Below the pieces are notes generated by a model. That model saw only the letters and a program-made list of their open reading frames with translations, searched no databases and was not told the DNA's origin. DNA of 64,000 nt, taken from NCBI GenBank assembly GCA_035519535.1, contig DATIWF010000062.1, forward strand, positions 350 through 64,349, in the 5' to 3' direction. The stretch comes from Vicinamibacterales bacterium. Its GTDB lineage: Bacteria > Acidobacteriota > Vicinamibacteria > Vicinamibacterales > SCN-69-37. Shown one piece after another: positions 26,546-35,417 of the stretch. The translations under genes were made by a program, and so were the position numbers. The stretch's first letter is position 1. Each line of letters starts with the position of its first letter.

Positions 26546-26750
26546 CACGCGAGCTACCGACGCGCGTGAGCTTCGGATGGCAAGCCACGCGAACTGCACG
26601 CGAGCTACCGACGCGCGTGAGCTTCGGATGGCGAGCCACGCGAGCGGCACGCGAGCTAACCGACGTGCGTGAGCTTCGGATGGCGAGCCACGTGAGCTGC
26701 ACGCCAGCTACCGACGCGCGTGAGCTTCGGATGGCGAGCCACGCGAAGGA
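26546..26750. repeat. tandem array of four ~51-bp hairpin-forming units directly downstream of tRNA-Ser
   Basis: The unit CACGCGAGCTACCGACGCGCGTGAGCTTCGGATGGCGAGCCACGCGA(n4) repeats at 26546, 26597, 26648 and 26700. Each contains the inverted repeat CACGCG...CGCGTG. There are no unique spacers. Confidence 0.85.
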
Positions 26751-26973
26751 TGCCCTCCGTAGCTGCGAAGCAGCGAAGGAGGGCCCCAAGACAGCAAGCC
26801 AGCGAGCGAGTCCTCAACGCGCGAAGGATGCCAGGTCATCCAACAATGTCGTAGAGTTTCGCACCCAGCGAAGCCTGTTGGTTTGATTTCCTGCATACCC
26901 ATCCGAGCGCGGAACGGATTCAGGCCCGAACTCCGCAGCGTGTGCTGGCCGATGCCTTGCTCTGTCGGGGCAT

Positions 26974-27231
26974 ATGCCCCATCCACCGAAGCACTTCGTC
27001 TACATTCTGCGCAGCGTCGAGAGTCCCGATCGCAGGTACGTCGGAGTCAGCTCAGACGTCGCCTCGCGCTTGAGTGCGCACAACGCCGGACGGGATCCCT
27101 CGACAACTCGCTGGAAGCCCTGGTTCGTCGACGTCTGCGTCGAGTTCAGGTCCGAGCAACTGGCCTTGAGATTCGAGAAGTACTTGAAATCCGGGTCGGG
27201 TCACGCGTTCGCGAAACGCCACTTCACGTAG
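26974..27231 (+). CDS. GIY-YIG nuclease family protein (small stand-alone UPF0213-like)
   Basis: 85 aa. FVYILRS....RYVGVSSDVASRLSAHNAG.....T....PW... is the GIY-(x10)-YVG pattern with a conserved Arg and Asn/His region. Confidence 0.8.
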   Translation: MPHPPKHFVYILRSVESPDRRYVGVSSDVASRLSAHNAGRDPSTTRWKPWFVDVCVEFRSEQLALRFEKYLKSGSGHAFAKRHFT

Positions 27232-27417
27232 TTCGTCGTTCGCGCCGGGGCGCTGCGCCAGATTCGATCGATCGACAAGCGCCGATTGAAGGCCAGGGTC
27301 AGCACGTTGATCGCAGACGAGATGGCGCGTATCGACGAAGCCCTCGCGATCACGCTCGGCCTGCCGTCGTCGTACGCAATTCAGCGGGTTACGGCCTGGG
27401 ACGCCCGGGCGCCTTGA
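27232..27417 (+). pseudogene. MazF/PemK-type toxin, C-terminal remnant
   Basis: The frame immediately after the GIY-YIG stop reads FVVRAGALRQIRSIDKRRLKARVSTLIADEMARIDEALAITLGLPSS... This matches the C-terminal (d)QIRtiDk.RL....G.l....m..id.al...LGL segment of MazF. There is no start codon and the N-terminal ~70 aa are missing. Confidence 0.5.
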
Positions 27418-27489
27418 CGAGGGCCACCGGCACCCTGCTGGCGCAGGGACACTCTGTCGGTGTGCAGTCCCTGTGCGGACGGGTCGGCT

Positions 27490-29955
27490 CTAGCCTTCTC
27501 TGAGCGCGACCAGCGGATCCACGCGGCTCGCGCGTCGTGCGGGCAGGAAGCTCGCGAACGCGGCGACGAGCAGGAGCGCGCCCGAGGCGACGAGAAAGCT
27601 CACCGGATCGCGCGAGCTGCCGAACAGCAGCGCGCCCATGTAGCCCGAGATCCAGAACGACCCGGCGAGGCCGAGCACGACGCCGATCCCGACGAGCGCC
27701 ATGCCCTGTCGCATCACGATGGCGAGCACGTGGCTCTGTGGCGCGCCGAGCGCCATGCGCAGGCCGATCTCCTTCGTGCGCTGGCCGACCGAGTAGGCCA
27801 TCACGCCGTAGAGACCCACGCACGCGAGACCGAGCGCGAGCAGGCCGAAGACGCCGAGCAGCGCCGCCCCCAGTTTCACGGCGAAGAGCGACTGATCGAG
27901 AATGCCGGCGACCGTCGACGCGTTCTGAATCGGCATGCGCGAGTCCATCTGCCGAATCTCGCGCTGGACCGTGCCCAGCACCGCCTCCGGCCGGCCCTCC
28001 GCGCGGATGTTCAGCACCATGGCGTCGTTCATCGCCTGCCGCAGCGGGATGTACGCGGCCGGCTGCGGCAGCTCGCCGAGCGTGACGTATTTCGCGGTCC
28101 GGGCGATGCCGATCACCTGCCGCAGGTCCTGCTCGGTGTAGAAGCGGAACCGCTTGCCGAGGGCTTCCTCGTTCGGCCAGTACTTGCGCGCCATCGTGTC
28201 GTTGATGATCGCCACCGGCATCGACCCGTCGCGGTCCGCGTCGGTGAAATCCCGGCCCTGCAGGATCGGCACGCCCATCGTCTCGAAGTACCCGATGTCG
28301 ACGATGTTGGTCAGGGTGAGGATGCCGGAGGCCTGCTTGTCGTTCTCGCGCCCTTCGATGAACACGCTGCGCGAGATGCCGCCGAAGAGCGGCAGGTTCG
28401 CCGACCAGGACACGCTCCGGATGCCGCCCATCGTGCCGAGCCGCGCGTTGACGTCGCGATAGAAGCGCAGCACGCGGTCGCCGGTGTAGCCGGCCTGTCC
28501 GGGGCTGACCTGCATGATCGCGGTGTGTTCGGTGTCGAAGCCCGGATCGATCTGGGACGCGGCGCGGCTGCTGCGCAGGAACAGCGCGGCCGTGACGAGC
28601 GCGACGAGCGACAGCGCGACCTGTCCGACGATCAGCAGATTGCCGAGGCCGAACGTGCGGCGGCGCTGACCGGCGCTGCGGCTCTGGTCCTTGAGCGCGG
28701 TTACGACGTCCGCGCGCGATCCGGCCAGCGCGGGCGCCAGGCCGAAGATGACGCCCGTGACGAGCGCGACGCCGAGCGTGTACAGAAACACGCGCATGTC
28801 CATCTGAGGATCGACGAGGCTGAACCCCAGGAACGGCGGCCGCGCCGACCAGATCAGATCCTTGCCCCACACGGCGAGCAGCAATCCGGCAGCGCCGCCC
28901 AGCAGGCTGAGCAGCACGCTCTCGGTCATCAGCTGCCGGAGCAGCCGCCCGCGGCTGGCGCCGAGGGCCAGCCGCATCGCGACCTCCTGCCGGCGCGAGG
29001 TGGCGCGCGCGAGCAGCAGGTTCGCCACGTTCGAGCAGGCGATCAGCAGCACGAGGCCGACAATCACCATCAGCACGACGCCGCCCATGAGCAGCACGTC
29101 GCGAATGCCCGGGAAGATCGTCGCTTCCGCCAGCGCGCGGACCGAGGTCGTCCGCCCTTCGTTCGGCGTCGGATACTCCTGCTCGAGCGTCTTCGCGATC
29201 GTCGCGAGGTTCGATCGCGCCTGGTCGATCGTCGCGCCGGGCTTCAACCGGCCCGCGAGGCTGAAGATGAGCGCGCGCCGCTCGTCCAGCCAGTCGCGGA
29301 ACTGCAGCGGCAGCACGCACTGATACATCATCGTCGGCGTCCAGCCGTCGGGGCCGAAGAGCGAGTTGACCCCGCGGAACCCGTCGGCCGCCACGCCGAC
29401 GATCGTGAACGGCGTGCCGTTCACGCTCACGGTCTTGTTGACCACGTCCGGTGCGCCGCCGAACTTCCGCTGCCACAGGCTGTAGGAGATGACGATGACG
29501 GGCGCCGCGCCGGGCGCGCGATCCTCGGGCGGACCGAAGAAGCGCCCGAGCGCCGGCGTGACGCCGAGCGTGTGGAAGTAGTTGCCGCTCACCATCTCGA
29601 CGAACACCTGCTCGGGCTCGCCGCCCATCGAAAAGCTCACCGGATTGGGGAACGAGTAGGCCGCGAGATCCGAGAACACGCTGTTCGTGTCGCGGAAATC
29701 CTTGTAGTTCGGGTACGAGACCTGCAGGAGATTCGAGAACGGCGAGTTGTTCTTGGCGTCCACCGTGTAGACCGCGACGAGCTCCGACGGCCGGTCGACG
29801 GGCAGCGGGTTCAGGAACAGCGTGTTGACGAGCGTGAAGATCGTCGAGTTCAGGCCGATGCCGAGGCCGAGCGAGAGGACCGCCGCCGCGGTGAACGTCG
29901 GGGCGCGCAGGAACGTACGGAGCCCGAATCGAACGTCCTTCCACAGCCGTTCCAT
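27490..29955 (-). CDS. ADOP-family duplicated MacB/FtsX-type permease
   Basis: 821 aa. N-terminus WKDVRFGLRTFLRAPTFTAAAVLSLGLGIGLNSTIF, with two MacB_PCD plus FtsX four-helix modules. No adjacent ATPase gene. Confidence 0.85.
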   Translation of the reverse strand: MERLWKDVRFGLRTFLRAPTFTAAAVLSLGLGIGLNSTIFTLVNTLFLNPLPVDRPSELVAVYTVDAKNNSPFSNLLQVSYPNYKDFRDTNSVFSDLAAYSFPNPVSFSMGGEPEQVFVEMVSGNYFHTLGVTPALGRFFGPPEDRAPGAAPVIVISYSLWQRKFGGAPDVVNKTVSVNGTPFTIVGVAADGFRGVNSLFGPDGWTPTMMYQCVLPLQFRDWLDERRALIFSLAGRLKPGATIDQARSNLATIAKTLEQEYPTPNEGRTTSVRALAEATIFPGIRDVLLMGGVVLMVIVGLVLLIACSNVANLLLARATSRRQEVAMRLALGASRGRLLRQLMTESVLLSLLGGAAGLLLAVWGKDLIWSARPPFLGFSLVDPQMDMRVFLYTLGVALVTGVIFGLAPALAGSRADVVTALKDQSRSAGQRRRTFGLGNLLIVGQVALSLVALVTAALFLRSSRAASQIDPGFDTEHTAIMQVSPGQAGYTGDRVLRFYRDVNARLGTMGGIRSVSWSANLPLFGGISRSVFIEGRENDKQASGILTLTNIVDIGYFETMGVPILQGRDFTDADRDGSMPVAIINDTMARKYWPNEEALGKRFRFYTEQDLRQVIGIARTAKYVTLGELPQPAAYIPLRQAMNDAMVLNIRAEGRPEAVLGTVQREIRQMDSRMPIQNASTVAGILDQSLFAVKLGAALLGVFGLLALGLACVGLYGVMAYSVGQRTKEIGLRMALGAPQSHVLAIVMRQGMALVGIGVVLGLAGSFWISGYMGALLFGSSRDPVSFLVASGALLLVAAFASFLPARRASRVDPLVALREG

Positions 29956-30028
29956 CGGAGACCTCCGGGTCTACTGGAGAGTTGACGAGGTTCGGGGACC
30001 GTTGGTTCGGCGCCCCTGGGCGAGCCGC

Positions 30029-32425
30029 CTACTCGGTCCGGAGACTCGTGGCCGGATCGACCCTCGCGGCCCGCAGCGCCGGCACGAGCGCGGCGAGGCC
30101 GCCCGCCACGGCCAAAGTGACGGCGACCGTCGCGAGCGTGGCCGGGTCGGTGGGCTCGGTCGCGAACAGGAAGCTCCTGATCACGCCGGTGGCAAGCCAG
30201 GCGCCGCCCAGGCCCAGTACCGTGCCAATGATAATTGGCACCGCCGAGTCGCGCACCATCGCCCGCACGACCTGCGTCGGCCTGGCGCCGAAGGCCAGAC
30301 GCACGCCGATTTCCGCGGTGCGCCGCGTCACCGAATACGCCGTCATGCCGAAGACGCCGACCAGCGCCAGCGCCAGACCAAGGCCGCCGAGCAGGCCGAG
30401 CAGCACCGTGCGTCGTCTCGGGTTCAGCACCGTCGTGCCGAACATTTCTTCGCTCGTCCGGATCCGTTCCACGAGCACGCGCGGTCCGAGGCTCTGCGCG
30501 AGCCGGCGCAGTTGATCGCTGAGCCCGGACGTCGAGTCCGTCGGCCGCATCACGACCATCATCGCGGTGTTCAAGTCGTACTGCGTGATTTGCAGCGGGA
30601 AGAAGATTTGCGGTTCCTGCCGCGTGGACAGCGGGCCGCCGTGGCGGAGATTCTGGATGACACCGATCACCATCCAGGGCCGCTGGTCGGGTCCGATCCG
30701 CGTGAACTCGCGCCCGACCGCCGAGCCGTCGAAGAAATTGCGCGCCGCCATGTCGTTGATGACGACGCCGCGCAACCCCGAGGCGCTGTCCGTGTCTGTC
30801 GGCAACCGGCCGGCGAGAAGGACGGCGCCAATGGTCTCGAAATACCCCGGCGTGGCTCGGAACATCGTCGCACCGCCGCCCGTGGTCTTGCCCGCAACGT
30901 TGATGGACGAGAAGGTCGTGCCGGCGCCCAAAGTGAAGTTGTCCACGATCCCGGCCGAGGCGATGCCCGGCACCGCGCGGATCTGCTGGAGAAGCGACGC
31001 GTAGTACTCCTGGTGCACGGCGGGATTCTGATCGAGCGGCAGCACGTCCATGACGACCAGTCCCGTGCGCGCGAACCCGAGATCGACCGCGGCGATGCGC
31101 ATGAAGCTGCGGATCATCAGCCCAGCGCCGGTGACGAGGATGACCGCCAGCGCGACTTCGGCCGCGATGAGGAGCTGGCCCCCGCGTCGCGACAGCGCGG
31201 TGCTCCGCTGCCGGCCGCTGCGCGCGAGCACCGATCCGATCTGCACGCGTGACAACCTGATCGCCGGAGCCAATCCAAAGAGCAGCGTCGTCGGCACCAG
31301 CAGCGCCGCGGTGGCGCCCAGCACCCAGAGGTTGAGCGCGACGGGGGAGTTCGCCGGCAGGGAGAGAGGAATGTTGGCGGCGATGCCGTCAAGCGACAGC
31401 CAGGCGAGGAGCACGCCGAGCGCGCCGCCGAGCAGGCCGAGGACCGTGCTCTCGGTGAGCAACTGGCGGATGAGCCTCCCGCGTCCGGCGCCGAGCGACG
31501 CGCGCACGGCCAGCTCCGACTGACGAGCCGCGCCGCGCGCGAGCAGCAGCCCCGCGACGTTGACGCACGCGATGAGCAGGATCAGCGCGACCGATCCCGC
31601 CAGGACGTTGATCGTCGTCCGGTAGTACCTCAGCTCGCCCTGCAGCTGGGAACGCACCGACACGTGAGGGTTCCGCGTCTGCTCGCCGCCCGGCAGCGTC
31701 CGGATTGGCATCCGCGCAGACAGCCGCTCCTGCGCCTGCTCGATCGTCACGTCAGGCCGCAGGCGGGCCGTGACGCTTACCCGGCCCGTGCCGCGACGCG
31801 AGTACTCCGCGACCGGCGTCCGCAGAGGGAGACACACCGGCGTTCTCGCATTGAATGAGGCCGGCAGCACGCCGATAATCGTGGCAACCTCGGTGTCGAA
31901 CCGTACGGTTTGACCCACGACGTCCGCGCGCCCGTCGTAGTGGGACGTCCAGTACCCGTAGCCCAGCAGCGCGACCAGCGGCGCGCCGGGGTCCGTCTCC
32001 TCGCGCGTGAAATTCCGTCCGATGAGCGGCGTGACGCCGAGCATCGGCAGGTAGTCCTCGGTGAATTGCGTCACCGCGATCCGCTCGGGCTGGTCGCCGA
32101 CGACGATCCGGCCGCGAAAGGCGCTGCCCGTGCCCGCGACCATCGCGAAGATGTCGTCGGACTGCTGCCACAGCCGCATGTCCTCCATCGACGCGGTCGC
32201 GCGCGACACCCGGCCGTCGGGCATCGTCTCTTCCGGGCTCACGTCGACGAGCTGCTCAGGGTGCGGATAGGGCAGCGGCCGCAGCATGGTGGCGTCGATG
32301 ATCGAGAAGATCGCCGTGGAGACGCCGATGCCGAGCGCAAGGGTGATGACGGCGACCAGCGACGACCCCCGCTGGCGAATCAGCTGGCGGAAGCCGTAGC
32401 GGACGTCCTGCAGGAATGCGTCCAT
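30029..32425 (-). CDS. ADOP-family duplicated MacB/FtsX-type permease (paralogue)
   Basis: 798 aa. N-terminus LQDVRYGFRQLIRQRGSSLVAVITLALGIGVSTAIFS, with the same duplicated architecture. Confidence 0.85.
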   Translation of the reverse strand: MDAFLQDVRYGFRQLIRQRGSSLVAVITLALGIGVSTAIFSIIDATMLRPLPYPHPEQLVDVSPEETMPDGRVSRATASMEDMRLWQQSDDIFAMVAGTGSAFRGRIVVGDQPERIAVTQFTEDYLPMLGVTPLIGRNFTREETDPGAPLVALLGYGYWTSHYDGRADVVGQTVRFDTEVATIIGVLPASFNARTPVCLPLRTPVAEYSRRGTGRVSVTARLRPDVTIEQAQERLSARMPIRTLPGGEQTRNPHVSVRSQLQGELRYYRTTINVLAGSVALILLIACVNVAGLLLARGAARQSELAVRASLGAGRGRLIRQLLTESTVLGLLGGALGVLLAWLSLDGIAANIPLSLPANSPVALNLWVLGATAALLVPTTLLFGLAPAIRLSRVQIGSVLARSGRQRSTALSRRGGQLLIAAEVALAVILVTGAGLMIRSFMRIAAVDLGFARTGLVVMDVLPLDQNPAVHQEYYASLLQQIRAVPGIASAGIVDNFTLGAGTTFSSINVAGKTTGGGATMFRATPGYFETIGAVLLAGRLPTDTDSASGLRGVVINDMAARNFFDGSAVGREFTRIGPDQRPWMVIGVIQNLRHGGPLSTRQEPQIFFPLQITQYDLNTAMMVVMRPTDSTSGLSDQLRRLAQSLGPRVLVERIRTSEEMFGTTVLNPRRRTVLLGLLGGLGLALALVGVFGMTAYSVTRRTAEIGVRLAFGARPTQVVRAMVRDSAVPIIIGTVLGLGGAWLATGVIRSFLFATEPTDPATLATVAVTLAVAGGLAALVPALRAARVDPATSLRTE

Positions 32426-32461
32426 GGTCAGCCTCCCGGATGGTGACAGCGTGCCTGAAGC

Positions 32462-33439
32462 TTACCAGACGAACTTGAAGATGCTGGCGGTCGAACCGCG
32501 GGGGTCCGGAATCTGCGATCCCGTGAGTTTGAAGTGGTCCGGCACGGCGGCCCAGTCGGTGTAGATCGTCCCGCCGAGGTAGAAGCGACCGCCCGTATCG
32601 GGCGGCGGTGCAGTCGTCGTGAGGCTGTACGCGTGCTGTGGCGCGGTCTTACCGACCCTGTTGCTGGCCGGCACGTACTCCGGCACGCCGTCGCCGTCGA
32701 CGTCCGCGAGAATCCAGTCGACGTGCAGGAGCTTGTGATACGTGCCGTCGACGATCATGTCGCGCAGCTGGGCGTTGAACCGGCTGATGATCGATTCGGC
32801 GTCGGGCCGCGATTGCCGGATGGCCAGGTACAGCGGCCGCGTGATGAGCGGCTTTGCGCCCAGCTGCAGCCGGGCCTGCGCTTCCTTCGCGTAGTTGGCC
32901 AGCAGGTACTGGACGACGAGATCGTCCATCAGCGTGTAGTCCACCTGGCTGTGAAGCAGGAGCGTGAGGCTGTCTTCCTCGCCCTTGGACTTCACGAACG
33001 TCGGGCCCGCGCCTTCGATGTCGCCGTAGGCGTAGCCGCCGACGATCGCGACCGTCTTGCCCTTGAGCGCGCTCCACGTCGTGGCGGAGACGTCCGCGCC
33101 CTTGCGCCCGACGAGAATCAGCCGGTTCTCGAGGTACGGCTGGGAGAAGACGAGCAGGCGTTCGCGCTCCGGGTCTTTCCAGGCGGCCGCGCTGCCGTCG
33201 TACGCGGGGCTGAGCAGCGCGGGCGTGAACGCCGCCGGCTCGACAATCGTCGTGATGGTCTTGATGCCGACGCGACCGAGCGCGGCGTCGACCAGATCCG
33301 CGGCAAACCGCGGACGGCCAGGCTCGTTGGTGAACGGCGACCAGGCCGTCGACACCAGCCGCAGCGGCGCGATCTGCGCTGAGACGACGGTCAGGCTTGC
33401 CACGAAGGCCGCGACGCCGACGGTCGCGCGGGTCACCAT
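32462..33439 (-). CDS. periplasmic substrate-binding protein, family 3 (amino-acid/ABC-type SBP-like) with a C-terminal extension
   Basis: 325 aa with a signal peptide. LRLVSTAWSPF....G...D...A...R.G.......P...........YDG......P.R......S.PY resembles the SBP_bac_3 fold. Confidence 0.6.
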   Translation of the reverse strand: MVTRATVGVAAFVASLTVVSAQIAPLRLVSTAWSPFTNEPGRPRFAADLVDAALGRVGIKTITTIVEPAAFTPALLSPAYDGSAAAWKDPERERLLVFSQPYLENRLILVGRKGADVSATTWSALKGKTVAIVGGYAYGDIEGAGPTFVKSKGEEDSLTLLLHSQVDYTLMDDLVVQYLLANYAKEAQARLQLGAKPLITRPLYLAIRQSRPDAESIISRFNAQLRDMIVDGTYHKLLHVDWILADVDGDGVPEYVPASNRVGKTAPQHAYSLTTTAPPPDTGGRFYLGGTIYTDWAAVPDHFKLTGSQIPDPRGSTASIFKFVW

Positions 33440-33721
33440 GACCCTATCTTACCGCCCGTGCATCATCCTCCGGATGTCCGGCCAGAACTCCTTGAGCTCG
33501 TTCGCCACGCTGTCCCACATCGCCTGCATGCCCCAGCGCTCGAGCGTCGCGATGGCCGTGCGCTCGTCCTCCGGGTAGTAGAGGTTCCCGACGTTGGCGA
33601 CGACGAGCGTGCCGCCGACTTCGGAGATGTTGAACTGCGAGTGGCCCGAGCGTGATTTCGTCACCACGCTGCGGCTGGCCGCGTACGCGAGCCGGTTGAA
33701 GAAGCCCGTCGTGTGGCGATG

Positions 33722-35311
33722 TCAGTCGCGCTCGGCGCCGGGCCGGCCGTTCTCGACCTGGAACGACGCGCGCGTCATCAATGGCGCGTCGGGGCGCGTG
33801 ACGTAGTCCACGCCGAGGTAGACCGCGCGCATGGACGCCGGCGTCACCGTGCATCGCACGTAGCCACGCTGGCCGTTGAAGTACTTCACGAAGGGATTCT
33901 CGTCGAGCATCGACGCCGTGCGCACACCCCGGTCCGCGCCGTCGCCGCCCGACGAGATGGACGTGCCGACGAACTCCGTGCCCACGGTCGGTGACTTGGG
34001 ATCGGCGAAGTCGAGCTTGAGGTCGTTGACGTAGTTGGCGTGGATGTCGCCGGTGAGCACGACCGGGTTCGAGGGCCGCGCCTCGCCCAGAAACCGCATC
34101 ATGCGCTTCAGCTGCGCGTCGTACCCGGGCCACTGATCCATGGAGAACCGCTGCTCCGGGCCGGCCTGCTGATCGACGCGCGCCATCATGACCTGCTGCG
34201 GGATCAGGTGCCAGCGCGCCGGATCCTGACGCAGCCCGTCGAAGAGCCACCGCTCCTGGACTTCGCCCATCAGCGTGGCCTTCGCGTCGAATACGCCGTC
34301 GCAAGGCGCCTTCGTGCCGTCGCCGCACGGCTGGTCGGTCCGGAACTGGCGCGTGTCGAGAATGTGGAAGGACGCGAGCGTGCCCCAGGTGCCGCGGCGG
34401 TAGAACTGCGCAGCCGGCCCTCGCGGCATGGACGTCCGGCGCAGCGGCTGGTGCTCGTAGTAGGCGCGGTAGGCGGCCGCGCGCTGCAGGAGAAAGGCCT
34501 CGGGCGGATCGTGTCCTTCCGAGACGTCGTTGGCGTAGTTGTTCTGGACTTCGTGGTCGTCCGGCGTCAGGAACCACGGCGCCCGCAGGTGCGCCGCCTG
34601 CAGGTGGGGGTCCGTTTTGTACTGCGCGTACCGGTTGCGGTAGTCCTCGAGGGTCTGGAGCTTGGCGCCGACGTGCTTGCGCACGCGGCCGTCGGTGCCC
34701 GCACCCTCGTAGATGTAGTCGCCAAGATGAAAGATGAGGTCGACGTCTTCGGCCGAGAGGTGATCGTACGCCGTGTAGAGGCCCTGTTCGTAGTGCTGGC
34801 AGGAGACGAAGGCAAAGCGCAGCCGATCGGGCGCGGAGGCCGCGGCCGGCAGCGTCCTCGTGCGGCCGATCGGGCTCTCGGCGCCATCGACCGCGAACCG
34901 GTACCAGTACCACCGATCGGGCTCGAGGCCGTCGACCTCGACGTGGACCGAGTGGGCCCAGTCGGCGGTCGCGATCTCGGAGCCTTTCTGGACGATTCGC
35001 CGCAGGCGATCGTCGTCGGCCACTTCCCAGGTCACGCGGACAGGCGCCGGATCCATGCCGCCGTCGTGGAGCGGGTCCTGCGCGAGGCGCGTCCAGAGGA
35101 CGACGCCGGTCGGCGTGGGATCGCCTGACGCCACGCCGAGACTGAACGGATTCGCTGCCCAGCGCGGGGAGAAGAGCGAGGCGCCGCGCGCCAGCAGGCG
35201 CGCGTACGGCGTCGCGCACAGAAGCGCGCTGCCGACGAGCAGCGACCGGCGGGAAATGGAGCGATTGAGCCAGGCTTCCAAGCGGGGATTCTGCGTCGTG
35301 CGATCGGGCAT
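33722..35311 (-). CDS. phoD: alkaline phosphatase D (PhoD family), Tat-exported
   Basis: 529 aa from ATG 35311. Twin-arginine signal SISRRSLLVGSALL. Metallophosphatase motifs FAFVSCQHYE, HLGDYIYE, VLTGDIHANYV. The ORF track opens further upstream at 35449. Confidence 0.85.
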   Translation of the reverse strand: MPDRTTQNPRLEAWLNRSISRRSLLVGSALLCATPYARLLARGASLFSPRWAANPFSLGVASGDPTPTGVVLWTRLAQDPLHDGGMDPAPVRVTWEVADDDRLRRIVQKGSEIATADWAHSVHVEVDGLEPDRWYWYRFAVDGAESPIGRTRTLPAAASAPDRLRFAFVSCQHYEQGLYTAYDHLSAEDVDLIFHLGDYIYEGAGTDGRVRKHVGAKLQTLEDYRNRYAQYKTDPHLQAAHLRAPWFLTPDDHEVQNNYANDVSEGHDPPEAFLLQRAAAYRAYYEHQPLRRTSMPRGPAAQFYRRGTWGTLASFHILDTRQFRTDQPCGDGTKAPCDGVFDAKATLMGEVQERWLFDGLRQDPARWHLIPQQVMMARVDQQAGPEQRFSMDQWPGYDAQLKRMMRFLGEARPSNPVVLTGDIHANYVNDLKLDFADPKSPTVGTEFVGTSISSGGDGADRGVRTASMLDENPFVKYFNGQRGYVRCTVTPASMRAVYLGVDYVTRPDAPLMTRASFQVENGRPGAERD

Positions 35312-35417
35312 CGGCGGCCTCGAGGCGACGCATTGTAGCCCAGTGGAGGCTGGCCACGGCACCGGCTGGACGCCGACACCGTGACCAGTGCGAAGGCGCG
35401 GGGGTGCGCCGTGGAGG

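Noticed and set aside
26546-26750. Possible CRISPR array (regular ~51-bp periodicity with palindromic cores).
   Set aside because: Adjacent units are near-identical across their whole length, so there are no unique spacers. No cas genes are nearby. This is a tandem repeat, not a repeat-spacer array.
33449-33724. The 72-aa ORF at 33449-33667 is in the same frame as phoD and is separated from it by a single TGA and 18 open codons. This suggests readthrough, selenocysteine, or a split gene.
   Set aside because: PhoD at 529 aa already looks full length, and I saw no SECIS-like hairpin. Sharing a frame has a one-in-three chance. The downstream peptide (…FFNRLAYAASRSVVTKSRSGHSQFNISEVGG…) matches nothing I recognise, so I report neither a fusion nor a confident gene.
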